Positions 1 to 12,900 of a stretch of 64,000 nt of DNA are shown piece by piece (position 1 is the stretch's first letter; each line of letters opens with the position of its first letter). A model generated the notes under the pieces. The model was given only the letters and a program-made list of their open reading frames with translations, was not told where the DNA came from and ran no database searches. A program made the position numbers and the translations under genes. Origin of the DNA: Tubiluchus corallicola (lineage: Eukaryota; Animalia; Priapulida); contig JAQGDQ010000082.1 in the NCBI GenBank assembly GCA_030141605.1, positions 186,001 through 250,000 of the forward strand, read 5' to 3'.

Positions 1-29
1 AACAAATAGGAGTTGATGTTGGATATGAT

Positions 30-230
30 AGCACGTGTGCCTTCATATAAGTAGCATGTAGCTGCCTGGGTTCGACACTCACTCACAGTGGCACCATAAG
101 CTTTGGTCATTTACATCGTATGAGGAGGACAAATTCAATTCTGAATGTGGCTGCGATTCAGTGGCTCATGTTAGAGGGATATCCTTGATGATGAACCAGG
201 ATCCTGTCATATCACAAACATGTTGCTGAG
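30..230 (+). mobile_element. Dispersed tRNA-derived SINE-like family, one copy
   Basis: B-box-like GGTTCGAC at about 69-76. The core gtggctcatgttagagggatatccttgat recurs at about 5360-5620 (-), 12600-12790 (+), 17855-17960 (+) and 28700-28920 (-); a related upstream part recurs at 31355-31510 (-). Confidence 0.65.
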
Positions 231-348
231 TATGTTCTGCCTTTGAATGCTGCCACATTGGTTAGAAGCCTTTGGTCGTGAGGATGAGTCACTTAGTACC
301 AGTTTGTAAAGAAGTTTGTTTAAATAAGATTTCTTCTGTTGCTTACAG

Positions 349-589
349 TGGTTTCAACATGTTAGGAGATTTAGTTTTTCCGTGCATAGGTTTGCTTTTT
401 GTTCTCGTCTTCACTGGTGTGGTGGCAGGCGGTGGGATAAGAACTTTAGAAGACAATTAGCCTAATTCACATTATTTTACAGTTTATCTAAACAGTAACA
501 CTAACCACTCTATATGCTCCAATGACGATGTACATGGTGCCTAACAACAGTGCTTAACAAAAACTAAATCTCCTAACATGTTGAAACCA
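349..589. repeat. Perfect 31-bp inverted repeat (MITE-like) in the last annexin intron
   Basis: 349-379 tggtttcaacatgttaggagatttagttttt is the exact reverse complement of 559-589. Confidence 0.85.
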
Positions 590-929
590 TCGTGGGTGTA
601 AAAGTAATGCACAGCTGTTTGCCAAACACTAGTGCCAGCATGAAAATGACAGGAAAATCACAAAAAATATAAGATTTATAACTGACTTTAATGACTATAA
701 TGTAACCTTGGGCTACGAAAATTTTACCTTTGAGTGATAGAATTTTCCTTGGATTATTTTGCAGAGGTGCACTAAAAGTATAATTACTCTGTAGTAACTG
801 TTCAGCATCCAGATTACAGTAATTGGATTTTTTTAAAAAAAAGTAATTCTTTCCACATCTAGTAGAATTTATGCAGCATCCAGCTGCATCTTGAAATTTT
901 GAGAACAACAACTAAGAACATGAGTATAC

Positions 930-3900
930 CTGTATGAACGATTCTAATGTCTTTCCATAATTCTTTTGAAAAGCTTGCTTGATCTGCACCATGTCCTTTT
1001 CGCAGCGGGTTACAACAATCCGTATAAGTTGCCGATCGTTGGTACCTGCACCTTTCATGGATTTGTACAGTTGCTCAGCAAAGTAACCAGCCTTATCGCG
1101 GACACAGTGAACTAAGAGAAAACGTACACATTAGAAGTTTGTGTAAGATTAACAATACTTAGCATATGGGAAATAAAGAGAATGAAATAATAAACTAGAC
1201 TAAGTGTACAATTTGATAAAAAGTTTTAGACAAAAATCCCATGTCTTACAATTGTGCACAGCCACGTAGAAAAACAGTGATAGTTTGCAAAAGCAGAACT
1301 GAATGCACAACATAGATTTAAATGTCGCACCTGTGCACAGAAAGACTGTATTCACGCAAAGCGTGAGGTAAACAATGGGTGGCGTGTTTCAATACAATTT
1401 TTATGGTCAACTGTCAGGCAAATGGGTGCCATGTTGTGCAATACAAAAACACCATTTAATTGTTAGGCAAACAATACTTGACGGACACACTTCTAAAATA
1501 CTAATAAAATCCTATACAGACTAGGAATTTCTGTGTTGCACATGTGAGGCATTGAAACCTATGGTATATTTTCTAATAAAGGCTAGAACAACCAATAATA
1601 TGAAGTTATATCGTATTTCTCAATGATTTTTAATACTGTGACTGTCTTCATGTGACAGGCTTTTATATAGGTTCTCTTCATAGACCAGTTAGCCAATCAC
1701 TTAGCATTATTATAAGATTTCAGCTGTTCACACATGTGCAGTTTTAATTTTCAGTGTACTAATAAATACAGTTTAAACCAAAGGCTAGAACATTAAACTG
1801 CATGAGCAAAAAGTCAAGAACGTTTCTTGTATTTTTATTACTGGTTGACAATTTTGTATGACCACTCTAAATACTTTAGTGCTTTTTACAACTACACAAT
1901 GAATGCATATCAACATTTTTGTTATTTTATAAATAATGCAAGGTAATTTTCATTACTTATGGTAAGCATGCCCTTCTTTAAGTCACCAGACATTTCACTA
2001 GCAATTGCCTTCTCAATCGTATGTCCAGTTAGTTTCTGATACTCGGTAAACACCTATGAAATAAAAATAAATGGAATGATATAATTGACAACAAGAATCT
2101 TAACCTTTGAGCTACACCATTACTTGAAGACGTACCAGCTCAGTCTCAAACACCAAGATAGCATTATAAGATGAATTTAACAAACTTTATTATAAATCAG
2201 TTTGTAACAGAGCTACTAAAAAGTACTAATTATAATAATGCCACAAAGCAAAAACAAAGAAATTTAAATAATGATAGCAACTATGCAAAAAGTGTGATGC
2301 TGCAATGCATATAGCCACATACACTGGCCATAAATCTTTCTTTATTATTTATGCACTTTTATGCAACTGAATTCAGTTGACAATGCACTGAGTTTGACTA
2401 TGTCACTTGGAGTTTAGTCACATTACACACCATTTTATCAAGTGTTTATCTTTAATAAGAAAGTAGACACACAAATACGCCAAACAAAAAAACAAAAGAT
2501 CTACGATACTTAGAAAGAAGATGACTAATCTAAGTAAAAACCTAGTGTTGAACTCACCTGCCGAAGTTGCGGAAAACTTTGCGCAGCAATAATCGAGTTG
2601 AACTTTGATTCGTCAGTCCCCCATTTCTTTTCACCAGCCTGGTAGAGGGCCTTAGCATCGTTCTGAGCTCTTGCTACATCGACATTAGCATTTTCATCTC
2701 GCCCACCCTGTTTAATGCATAGATTCAAGATAGTATCAACATAGTGATCTTTACAAATCATAATTACTACACAGTGTATAACTAGTTGGCACACACTATG
2801 CGATGAATCTAAGTACTATATATAATGCCAACAGTTATCTACACGTGCTACACATAGTTACTACAGCTTCAAACTTAATGCAATTTCTATTCTTTCCCGA
2901 GGGAGAGATACTTAGCAAATACTTTTCAGAAACACCAACAGTATTTGTCACAATTATCAATACAGAATGATCTCTCATTTAGTTTGTTGGGTTACTGATC
3001 TGAATTGTACTGATTACTGACTACTGAACTATGAAGTAATTTTGACGCTACATGTGTAAGTAACATCTTCTTCATCTAATCAAATAAAATTTAATTTAGA
3101 AGTCTTGGTTGTCTAAACAAATTAGATAGTAAGGCAACATGCATAATATTCTTTTTTTCCAAGGAACCCCAAATTGAACTCCAAGTTGCAGTTCAAATAC
3201 CAATACAGAGAATGACTAAAATAAAATCAAACTACCGTAGTCATGGAAACCAACAGTCGCTCAAAATGTCCACTTGTATCACTTCTAATGTCTTTCTCCA
3301 AATCTTTCCTAAATACTATAAAGACAAAGAATGTGATAAATATTGGAGAACAATCATTTACATTAGATACATAATTCAACTCCATAGCCGCAGCAAGCAT
3401 AATGTGCACAAAAAATCTAGATAGCTACTCTATTAGAAAGCCAGGCTTACAAACGTATGCAGAATATGAATCAACTGTCAGAAAGACTACAGACCTCATC
3501 AATGACTGGCAGCTTTAGTATTTAAATTCAAATTAAGACTAAGCATAGTATCCTGAAATCTAATGAAATTCTCTCACTTCACGAACTGAGCTAAGTTCTG
3601 TAACTGTATCTTCCAAACAGCCACTGGTAAATAAACACACATAAGTGAAAACATCCCAAAACTCTCTAGAATCAGATACTAACCATGATGGCATGCAAAA
3701 TAATTATTAATTCAAAGTCCAATAAAGCTGAAAATTCTGTGACATGTCGATAGTTTCAGGTAGTCCTAAACCTTATCTATGGTGACACTTTCTCCGACTC
3801 TACTGGTTTTCTTATTAGTTATTACCATATTTTTTACAACTGGATCAGACGCTCAATTTGTCACATTCTTAAGCAAATACCATGCTAATAAATGGCAAAC

Positions 3901-6900
3901 TAGATATTGAGGCAAATATTCATCCTTTTTGGCAAAGCTAGGTGTCTAGATAACTAAGGGAGGCAATGGGAAACCCAAATTTTCATGTTGATATCAAATC
4001 TGCACAGAGTGTGGCTGGTATAAATGACAAGCTATCCTACTTAGACACACTATTTGTAACTTATTACCTGCTTCAAAGCTATAGCGTTTAGATTTTCAAA
4101 ATTTGCACAACTTACAAACAACCTGTTAAAGTTAGCAAAATGCAAATAGCATAATAGTATAAACTTGGAACAAAAGTGATGTTTTTTGAACCGTCGTCTG
4201 ATTCTATATTATGTTTATGCCTGTAAACATACATGTTTTATATGACTGCTTTATGGCAAGTATTTCTGCATTTGTCCTCGTACATAGGACTTCTATCAAT
4301 GCATCTTCATCTGTTCCTAATCCCTGAAAGAGAGCAAACAAAAACATAATTAAATCCAATTAAAACAAAATTTATCTATTAGCTAAAACATCAAATGGTT
4401 AGACATTTTGCCAAATTAACGCAAGTTCTATTCTTTACAAGAATTCTACTAATATTAATTTTATTGTGTGAGAAATCCACATTTGTGTCAAAGAAAAGCA
4501 TTTACTAATTTAAATCGGAGAAATTTACAACATTCCAAAGGTCAGATGGTCACTTCATTACACAGATTAAAGTATTTACAATTTTGCTTGTTTGTATCTG
4601 CCATAAAAAAAACTTTCGAAACTTGTAAAATGCAAAAACACTCAGATTTCTTTCATTTAAACAATAGGCGTTTAGCTAAGATCTCCGTAGAAAAAAATCA
4701 TAAATAATTTATTTAAAAAAGTTACAAAATTTGAGTTTTTGAGACAACACAGATACAGAAACAGAAATATATCAAAGGATAAATCTAGCCACGTTTTTAT
4801 ACACAAAACTTTAAGGGCTTTTTTTCTGTTTCTTTCAACCTCATTAGTTAGCCACTTGCATATGCCTCATAAAATAATTAAACAATTAAATCATTGAACA
4901 AGAACATACGGAAATAGCATTATAACAACAGGTAGCATCGTAATCGGCAGGTTTCATTAGTAGTGCAAGAATGACATCTTCTAACTTGCCACTCAGCTCA
5001 CTCTTCAAATCTTTAAGAAGATCCTAAAACAAAAAATGATAATTACATTACAAAAGCAATTAATTAAGTAAATGCACTGCTGGTATTATCATCTAGCCAA
5101 GCATTTCTATAAAAAGATGTAAATAAAGTATGATAATTAACAGTTTAACTGGCAGATAATCAATTCGAAGAATACTCGGTTCAGTTTTGGCAAAACATAG
5201 TAAGAATTTCATATATTTTTCTTTTATGTATCTTTTATTAAATATGTATCATAAAAAAGCCTCAATTTAAGGTATTAGAAATTTTTTACGCAGATCATAA
5301 TCCTACAAACCAGAATCCAGCATTCAACAAGAAATCTCACTCAAATTGGAAAATGACTGCAGAGAGATCAAGACCTGATTCATTATCAAAGGTAGGCCCT
5401 CTAAGATGAACTACCGAACTCATAGCAGGGGTGTCTTGGCCTTCTATGGACGAGAATGCATCCTCCTACTACAAGGTAAATAGCCAGAATCAGCAAGGTG
5501 GACAAAGCTGCTCTGAGAGAGATCAAATGTGCTTCACTCATTAACTCACTGACGAACATCAATGCCACTGGTTGCCAAGCCCAACAACGAGATCATAGGC
5601 CACGTACCTCAACACATATGCATTAAACTCAAAGGATACATGATTGGTAGTGAATCACACTCTTTTTATGGCACAAGTTACGATTACTAGACACAATATC
5701 TGTCATCTGATCAGGCATGTTTTTGAATGAAATTAAATTTTAAAAATAGTCTACTTTTGTTAAATAAGAATGCGAAATATATTAGCATACCTTGCCGTAC
5801 ATAGTTTTGAAATCAATTATGATTTTCTGTCGTTGTTCGTTTGTCCTCTTTGACAAAATTCCAATTATTGCCTTTTCATCTGTCCCTACAAGAGTAAAAC
5901 TCCAAAATGTGAAAAAAGTTTATTGCCCAGCAAATGGAAACTAGCAAATTTAAAGCAAAGGCATTTACCATAAGCTGCATTGATCATGAAAATGTAGTGA
6001 ATTTCTGCTATAGTTAAGTGCCAAATTTATTCACATATTTTTACATATATATGTGCATATGTATACTAACATGTAAAGTGTCAGGTTAAATGAGAAAAGA
6101 AAAACAATCAATTTGTGGCATTAAACAATAAACACAAAAACGTTTAGAAATGCATTAAAATTGCTGGTGACACAATCATGTTCATCGCTTTCTATTCAAC
6201 GGAATTTTATTGCATTATCAACAGATAATTGCTTAAATTTTAAAGTCACCAAGACTTCACCAGGCTCAGCATCGTGAAAATTATAAAACTTTACTTCATA
6301 TGAAAGCAAAAATTACTCATTCCACTAGAGAAGAAAGCTACGCTAATCCCTAATGCTTACCAAACCCTTTCATGGCCTTCCGTATGATGTCTGCATCTGA
6401 CTGTCCATTGAATGGATGGTGTGGCTTGAGTGTCCCCTCCTCCTAATAAGAAATAACTTATCCACTAATGGCCAAACCGGTACAGAAATATCATCGAAAG
6501 ACAAATTTTTAGAAGCACGACAAGTTGGCAGATTTGCACAGTCACAGGAAAAATCATGCAAATAGTGGCAAAAGATATATAAGAAACTAAAATTTATAGC
6601 AGTGCAGTAGGTTTAAGTGGACACAGTTAGGTTTTAGGCCCAATGTAAATATTTCTGTTTATGCCCCAAGAAGTGGTATAATGAAAATCTACTTACGCTT
6701 TGAAACCTAAACGCAGAAGCAAAACTTGCTACATCTTATGTAGAAGCAGAAGTTGTTTCGTTTTTGTGCCATTTATTTCCAGACAGACGGATGTTTTTCA
6801 GCCAGGTTGTAAGTTAATCTCAGAGATTGAAACAGTCTCAATTTTTACATATCATGCCAATACTTACGCAGATTCAAATTTCGCTTGTTTAAAACCTCTA

Positions 6901-9900
6901 AATCTACAAACCTTCATTGAACAGCCATACCTCAGTAGTTTAACACTTGTTCTAAAACCATGTGTGCATGAAGTTCCAGTTTCATATTCTAAAAATCATT
7001 TCGAAAACAGCCAAACAAATGGTTTTTTATAGTCGTTTTGTAGTATCTCAGCAAATCTTACCTACGCCTTTCAAACAACTGTCATGGGCAGAGTGTTAAA
7101 ACAAATGCTGTCTTATATCTCCCGAAGTAGCACGTCTTATACTTACCCTCGATGATAATGTTGCTTTACTTGTGGATCTGTAGATACAGATTTGGAACTT
7201 TTCCAATGATATGCCTGTTAGTGATTTAATGCCTTACCTAAACCTTTCATTGCCTTCTTTAATATTTCTGCATCTTGCTGCCCATTAAAATTTGGGAATG
7301 TATTCACAGTGCCTTGTTCCCCCGAGGAAGCCATTTTTTACTGAAAAAAAGACAGCAGAGGCAAGGCCATCAAAATCTCGTAGCCATAGTTCCAATACGA
7401 ACAAGTTCATGTGTAGGTCTTAGTAAGTAAACCAAGTACTTACTAGCACTATACTCACTTGTTTTATTTATTTCAGAACCGTAGCAGCATTACAAACTCT
7501 TAAATCATGACTTAACCTAGCTTCTAACAGCTCAAAAACAATATTGAACAAAAAAGAATCCTGCTGATGGAGACACATGTGCTACAGACTTTCTTCTAGT
7601 ATATCTAGTGCAAAGATACATTGATATTGTCACCCTAGAATAAAACTCCTAAGTTGTAAAGCATTACTCGTTTCAAACTAAAAGAATGAATTTGACCAGT
7701 GTCTTTAGTTACTATAGTGGTTTAAAAAGCTCAGCCACTCCTTTTAAAACAGAGATTGGTGAGCAGTTGCACTACGAGCATCTGACTTATCCTAATAATG
7801 AGAATTTATGCTGTAATGCTAGTGGTCTCACTACCAACAGGTATAACTGTGATGATAACAACACTAATTAGTCTATTCACAATATTATTATAACGATAAT
7901 CATTAAAGTTATAGCAACACAATTATACAAGGATTATTACTCTCATTTAAATGCTTACTATGCAGGTGCATTGTCAGTCACTGTACCCTATCAAGAGCAC
8001 ATCTTTATTGAACCATCATTGCTATGTTGCCAGCTATCACAAAGCTATTTATATAATGGCGTGCTGGCCTCTAATTACTGTCTTTGTGGCATGTTTGCTG
8101 TGTAATTGATATAAAAGAAGGCAACATAAAAATGCAGAGATGGGTACATACTGCATCAAAATGAAAGACTTCACTGTGATAATTAATCATAAAATGTTGG
8201 AAATACACATTTATGGCCTTCCTGCTAAAAGCTTGCTTAGTTTAGCCCATAATTGTGCTTAGTCGTACAGTTGACAACATAATGACAAGGATTCATGGGT
8301 TTCTGTGAAATTCTCAGCTATATTATATTTCCTTTTCCTCTCTTGCATTTCCTATCCAAAGTACTTCTATAAAAGATACTCAGGTGACTGCACTGACAAC
8401 TAGATTAGAAAAACCAGAAATCTAATGCTTCGTTTTAACATCTTTATAAATATTTATTGCAAAATGTCAAAATATAGGCAAGTAAAGCAATTAATAGTCC
8501 TTTTCTTTTTAATTACTTGAATTTGATTTTAATGCTTTTTGTAAATGTAATAGAAAGAATAGATTAATATAGGCCACCATAACTGCATTCATGCTTAGCA
8601 TTTTTTTCCCTTCCTCACACATTTGTCAATTAATTTTACAAACTTATCTAAGTAAATGTAACACTCGATTTTAGACTGAATGTATAATAGATAATAATTA
8701 AAAATTTGACAAACTTATAAGGTAATATAAACAATACTGTTATGATTAAGATTGCAAATAGCAATTAATAATTAAGTGATAATTATTACATTTAAAATTT
8801 TTAAATTCTATTGATTCATTACTTAGATTAAATTTATAAAGTAATATGAAACTGCAAAATTCAAAACTTTTTAATATAAAAATCTCTCAAATCTCTCAGT
8901 AAGTTGCAAATGTAAAATGTTCACTGTGTTTGTAGTGTTAGCTCTGCACTTGTCTTGTTACAGTGTTTTTATGCACTGATGAATGTCATATGCAAATGCA
9001 ATTTTTCATTAACATTAGTGATGTTCAAAATTTTTACAAGACAAATAAAGATTATATATATATATATTGTCATTTCCAAACTACAGATGGCACAAAATGG
9101 CACACATTTTTATAAAAATCAGTAACAAGAATGAAACAGCTTAAGACATGCTAGTCGAGCAACTCTAATTTCTGCAAGTATGTGCATGTTTGTGTAAACT
9201 ATAAAGTGTAAACATTTCACTGGCAAATAATTTGCTACTACTTTCTATTTTCAGCTTCAGGCCACAAAGTCTGCACATGAGTTGCTAGTGTGTATGTGCA
9301 ATCTCAGTCATGTGCAGAGACTGCAAAGCAATGCAGCAATACATTCAATATTAGCTGATAACATCAGATAACATAAAGTTTGCAGGCAGCATTTCACTGG
9401 ACCGTGGAGGCTTGAACCTTGCCTGGAGGTGTGCCTTAAAAACATCCAACCATGACATACATTTGCTACCTGTCTTACAACTAATGGTTACTCACTGACA
9501 TCATAATCTAAGTAAACATACTTACTTCCTAAAATAACAGCTCCAAATATTACAAGGCTGTGGCTCACACCTGCTGACACTGAGAGTACTACTCACTGCT
9601 ACTCTCTTACAGGAAATAGCTGAAGACTCAGCAGAGCAAAGTCAATGGGCAGGGCAACTTGCCAGGCACAGCTAATCAATCACTACATATGCTGTGAACT
9701 CACTTGCATGACTGGAACATGACTGGATAACCAAGATGCATGCTTGATATTAACCTTTCAATGCAGACCCAAGGATGTGCATTCTCAGGCATATATCAAC
9801 AATAAAGCAAGTATAATTGAGCCAGTGTATCAAATACGAAATAGGACAAAGGAGATAGCTGGCCTCTGTCTTTGTTGGACTATGAAGTTAAAAAGTGTTA

Positions 9901-12900
9901 AACTTGGTTTGTAAATAGATGGGTGACCACCAGGGCTGAGCTACGGGCTTTTGAGGCCCCTAGCTAATGAAATTATGTGGCCACCTCAGATGGAGCCACC
10001 CTATAACTAGCCCACAAGATGAGCAAAATGATTAACAAACATAGACTGGGGCCACAACTAGCCCACAAGATGAGCAAAATGATTAACAAACATAGACAGG
10101 GGCCACATATTTAAAGCTAGGGTTCAAAACTGATGTCCTTTATCTCAAAAAAGGCCTGCAACAACGGTCCTTTGTCTCAAATAAGGGGCCGTAAACTGGC
10201 ATTACTTTTTTAATATTGGCTTTTCAGACTCCCAGATGACCACTAGGAAAACTACTTCTCTAAGCAATTTCATCAGACATACTGACACCAGCTATTTCTC
10301 TCAATGTCTGAATGTGTCTGCATGGTCCACAACTCTCTTGTTAAAGGACTGTCCTTGACAAATAAATGGCTTCTCTCCCGCCAGAAACACCCATTTTGAT
10401 GTTAAATTCGTAATTGCTGAATATAAGAGTTTACAATGTACCAAAGTGTATAAAGAACACTCTATACCAGGCTAAATTCCTTTAAGTTTAACTGTTTTGC
10501 TATTGCTTTAACTGTTTTTGACATTGTTTTAAGATTTTACAATTGTGACGGTTTGAGACACTCGCTTGAACAAATCTATTTCTTTTTTAACTTTGTTGGA
10601 ATTAGAAATAAAGCTGTGATGACAATAGAAGACTTACCACATAAGAAAAACCAAATTTAAACATTTGTTACATTTGTCTTCTCTTCAACTGGAATTACAA
10701 AAAAGAAAAGACAGGCACGAGAAAAGTGAGGAAATGATACTTACTCCTTTTCTGTCTTCTACCATGGTAAATTATTCTGAATTACACGCAAGTTGAAAGC
10801 ATCAAAAAATATATATTCGACAAGAGCATAGACAAAAAACATTTTCATAAAATTAGGAAGCAATTCCTTTGGTAAGTTATTTGCAAGAGGAGGGATAATG
10901 AGTTATAGCAAATGCATTAGTGTATAAGAAAATGCTTGACATAAGAGCATTAGGAGAGATACTAAGTACCAGTGTACCAAGTTTAGAAGTTGTAGTGGAA
11001 AGATGTCACAAACAGTTAAAGTTTAAAAGAAAATGATGGAAACAAACACTCAAATAATATTTTTTGGAAAACAATTAGCTATCAAAACCAAATACACAGA
11101 ATTAAATATAATAAATATCAATCTTAAAACAGTCTTTATGCAAACAGCCTTCTACTAGTTAACCAAGTTCTTGGAAGAGTAAAAAGCCAAGGTATTTAAA
11201 CTTTTTGTAGAGGAACTAAAAACATACAAATGAAGAACATTGACATACCTTCACAGTGTGGACACCATGACTGGCTCCAACGGTTTGATGATGTACTCCC
11301 GAGGATGCGGGATAACCCGTCTGACTTTGCATTCCTGGATAACCCGTGGATCCAGGATAACCCGTTCCACCAGCTGGATAACTCTGCGATGGATACTGTC
11401 CAGCACTTTGCTGCGACGGATATGATGCATGTGCAGGCTGAGATGGGTATGACGGTGCAGCAGACTGACCAGGGTATGGCGCAGCTCCAGGTTGTGAAGG
11501 GTACTGAAAACAACAATTAAGTGCAATAAGAAAATAATTTACTTTCCTGCAAATGTAATTGTGCATATTTACTAACTTGTGTATTTCCTTTAATCAAATT
11601 TAATGGTGAAATAAGCTTGCAACTACTGTTTTTTAAATCTGTGAATCTAAATGTGGCACAAAAGATGGAAAAATTAATTAGAACTGCGTCTTGACTGTGC
11701 CAATAGACCAGTGAGGTCAGCCAGTACCTTCTGGTCAGTGTAAGTTTTCTAATACGAAAAAGGTTAATCTAATTAATTTGTAATTATTCGTTTTTTGAGT
11801 TTGAGTATAGGGAACTTAATTAACAAATTAGCCCTTTCATTACATTGTTGCTTTTTAACTGTGCCACATTGACTTTTGCACATTTGGCAATAATTTATTG
11901 TGGTGTTTTACTAATACAGAATCTTGTAAATAAACAAATAGTTGTTCGTTATTGAGTGCTAATATTAACTATTAGCTTTATTTCTACACATGCACACACA
12001 TGCGAGCACACAAACACGTGCATGCCCTCATAAATAAGCATGTACTTATATTTAGAAACCAGTTTTCACAAAAGACACAATACATAATATGTAATCATTT
12101 TCTAAGAATGTAGAACAATCAACTAAACATACATTTCATCAACGATCTACAAATGATTTTGCGTAGGGACATATAGCATAGTATTGTGGAATGCACCTAG
12201 CTTCAGACACTGATTGGCTGGTTAGCGTTACTTGTTGGGAATCAACCCCAATCCCACGGCTGTAAAACTTTTCTACAATGTTTTTGCATGGCTGTAGCAG
12301 TGAAATAAACAGACCTGGGGGACTGGGCTAAGTGCTGAGCTTGGGCGGCAGTCTACCCCCGTCCATCCCTTCATGAAAAAGATCGGCGCCACATTAGCGC
12401 CTTCAGTAGTGAAACGGTTAATTTAATGGGTTCTTAATTACCATACCATGGAGAGAGTAAACTAACCATGAGTATTTAGGACTGAATAGGCCTATCTTGA
12501 TCTCGAGAGACTAAGATGTCTAAAATTTTGAGCTTATGACACAGAAGATCCATACTTAAACACCATGCTCAGCACCGACTTTTTTCACATTTCATTTTTT
12601 TTGGCCATATCAAGGCTGGTCAGCAAGTAGATGGGTAATCCGCTTCGAATCTTGCTCTGACTGGTTTCATTCATCTTGCTGACTCTAGCTGTTTAATGTC
12701 TAACTTATACGGGAGGATGGACACAAATCTGAGCATGGCTGAGACACCTCTGCTGGTTTAGTGGCTCATCCTAGACACATTGCCTGAGTTAGCTTCCAGT
12801 CACGCCACAAGCATCCAATTTAAGTAGGACCTCCTAATGCATCCTGGATTCCCGCTTGCAGAATTCAGAATTGTATAAAAACAGTTTCAAGATATCAAAG

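Noticed and set aside
11196-11526. Several overlapping ORFs on both strands here and at 14480-14902
   Set aside because: Shadow frames of the GC-rich annexin tail exons.
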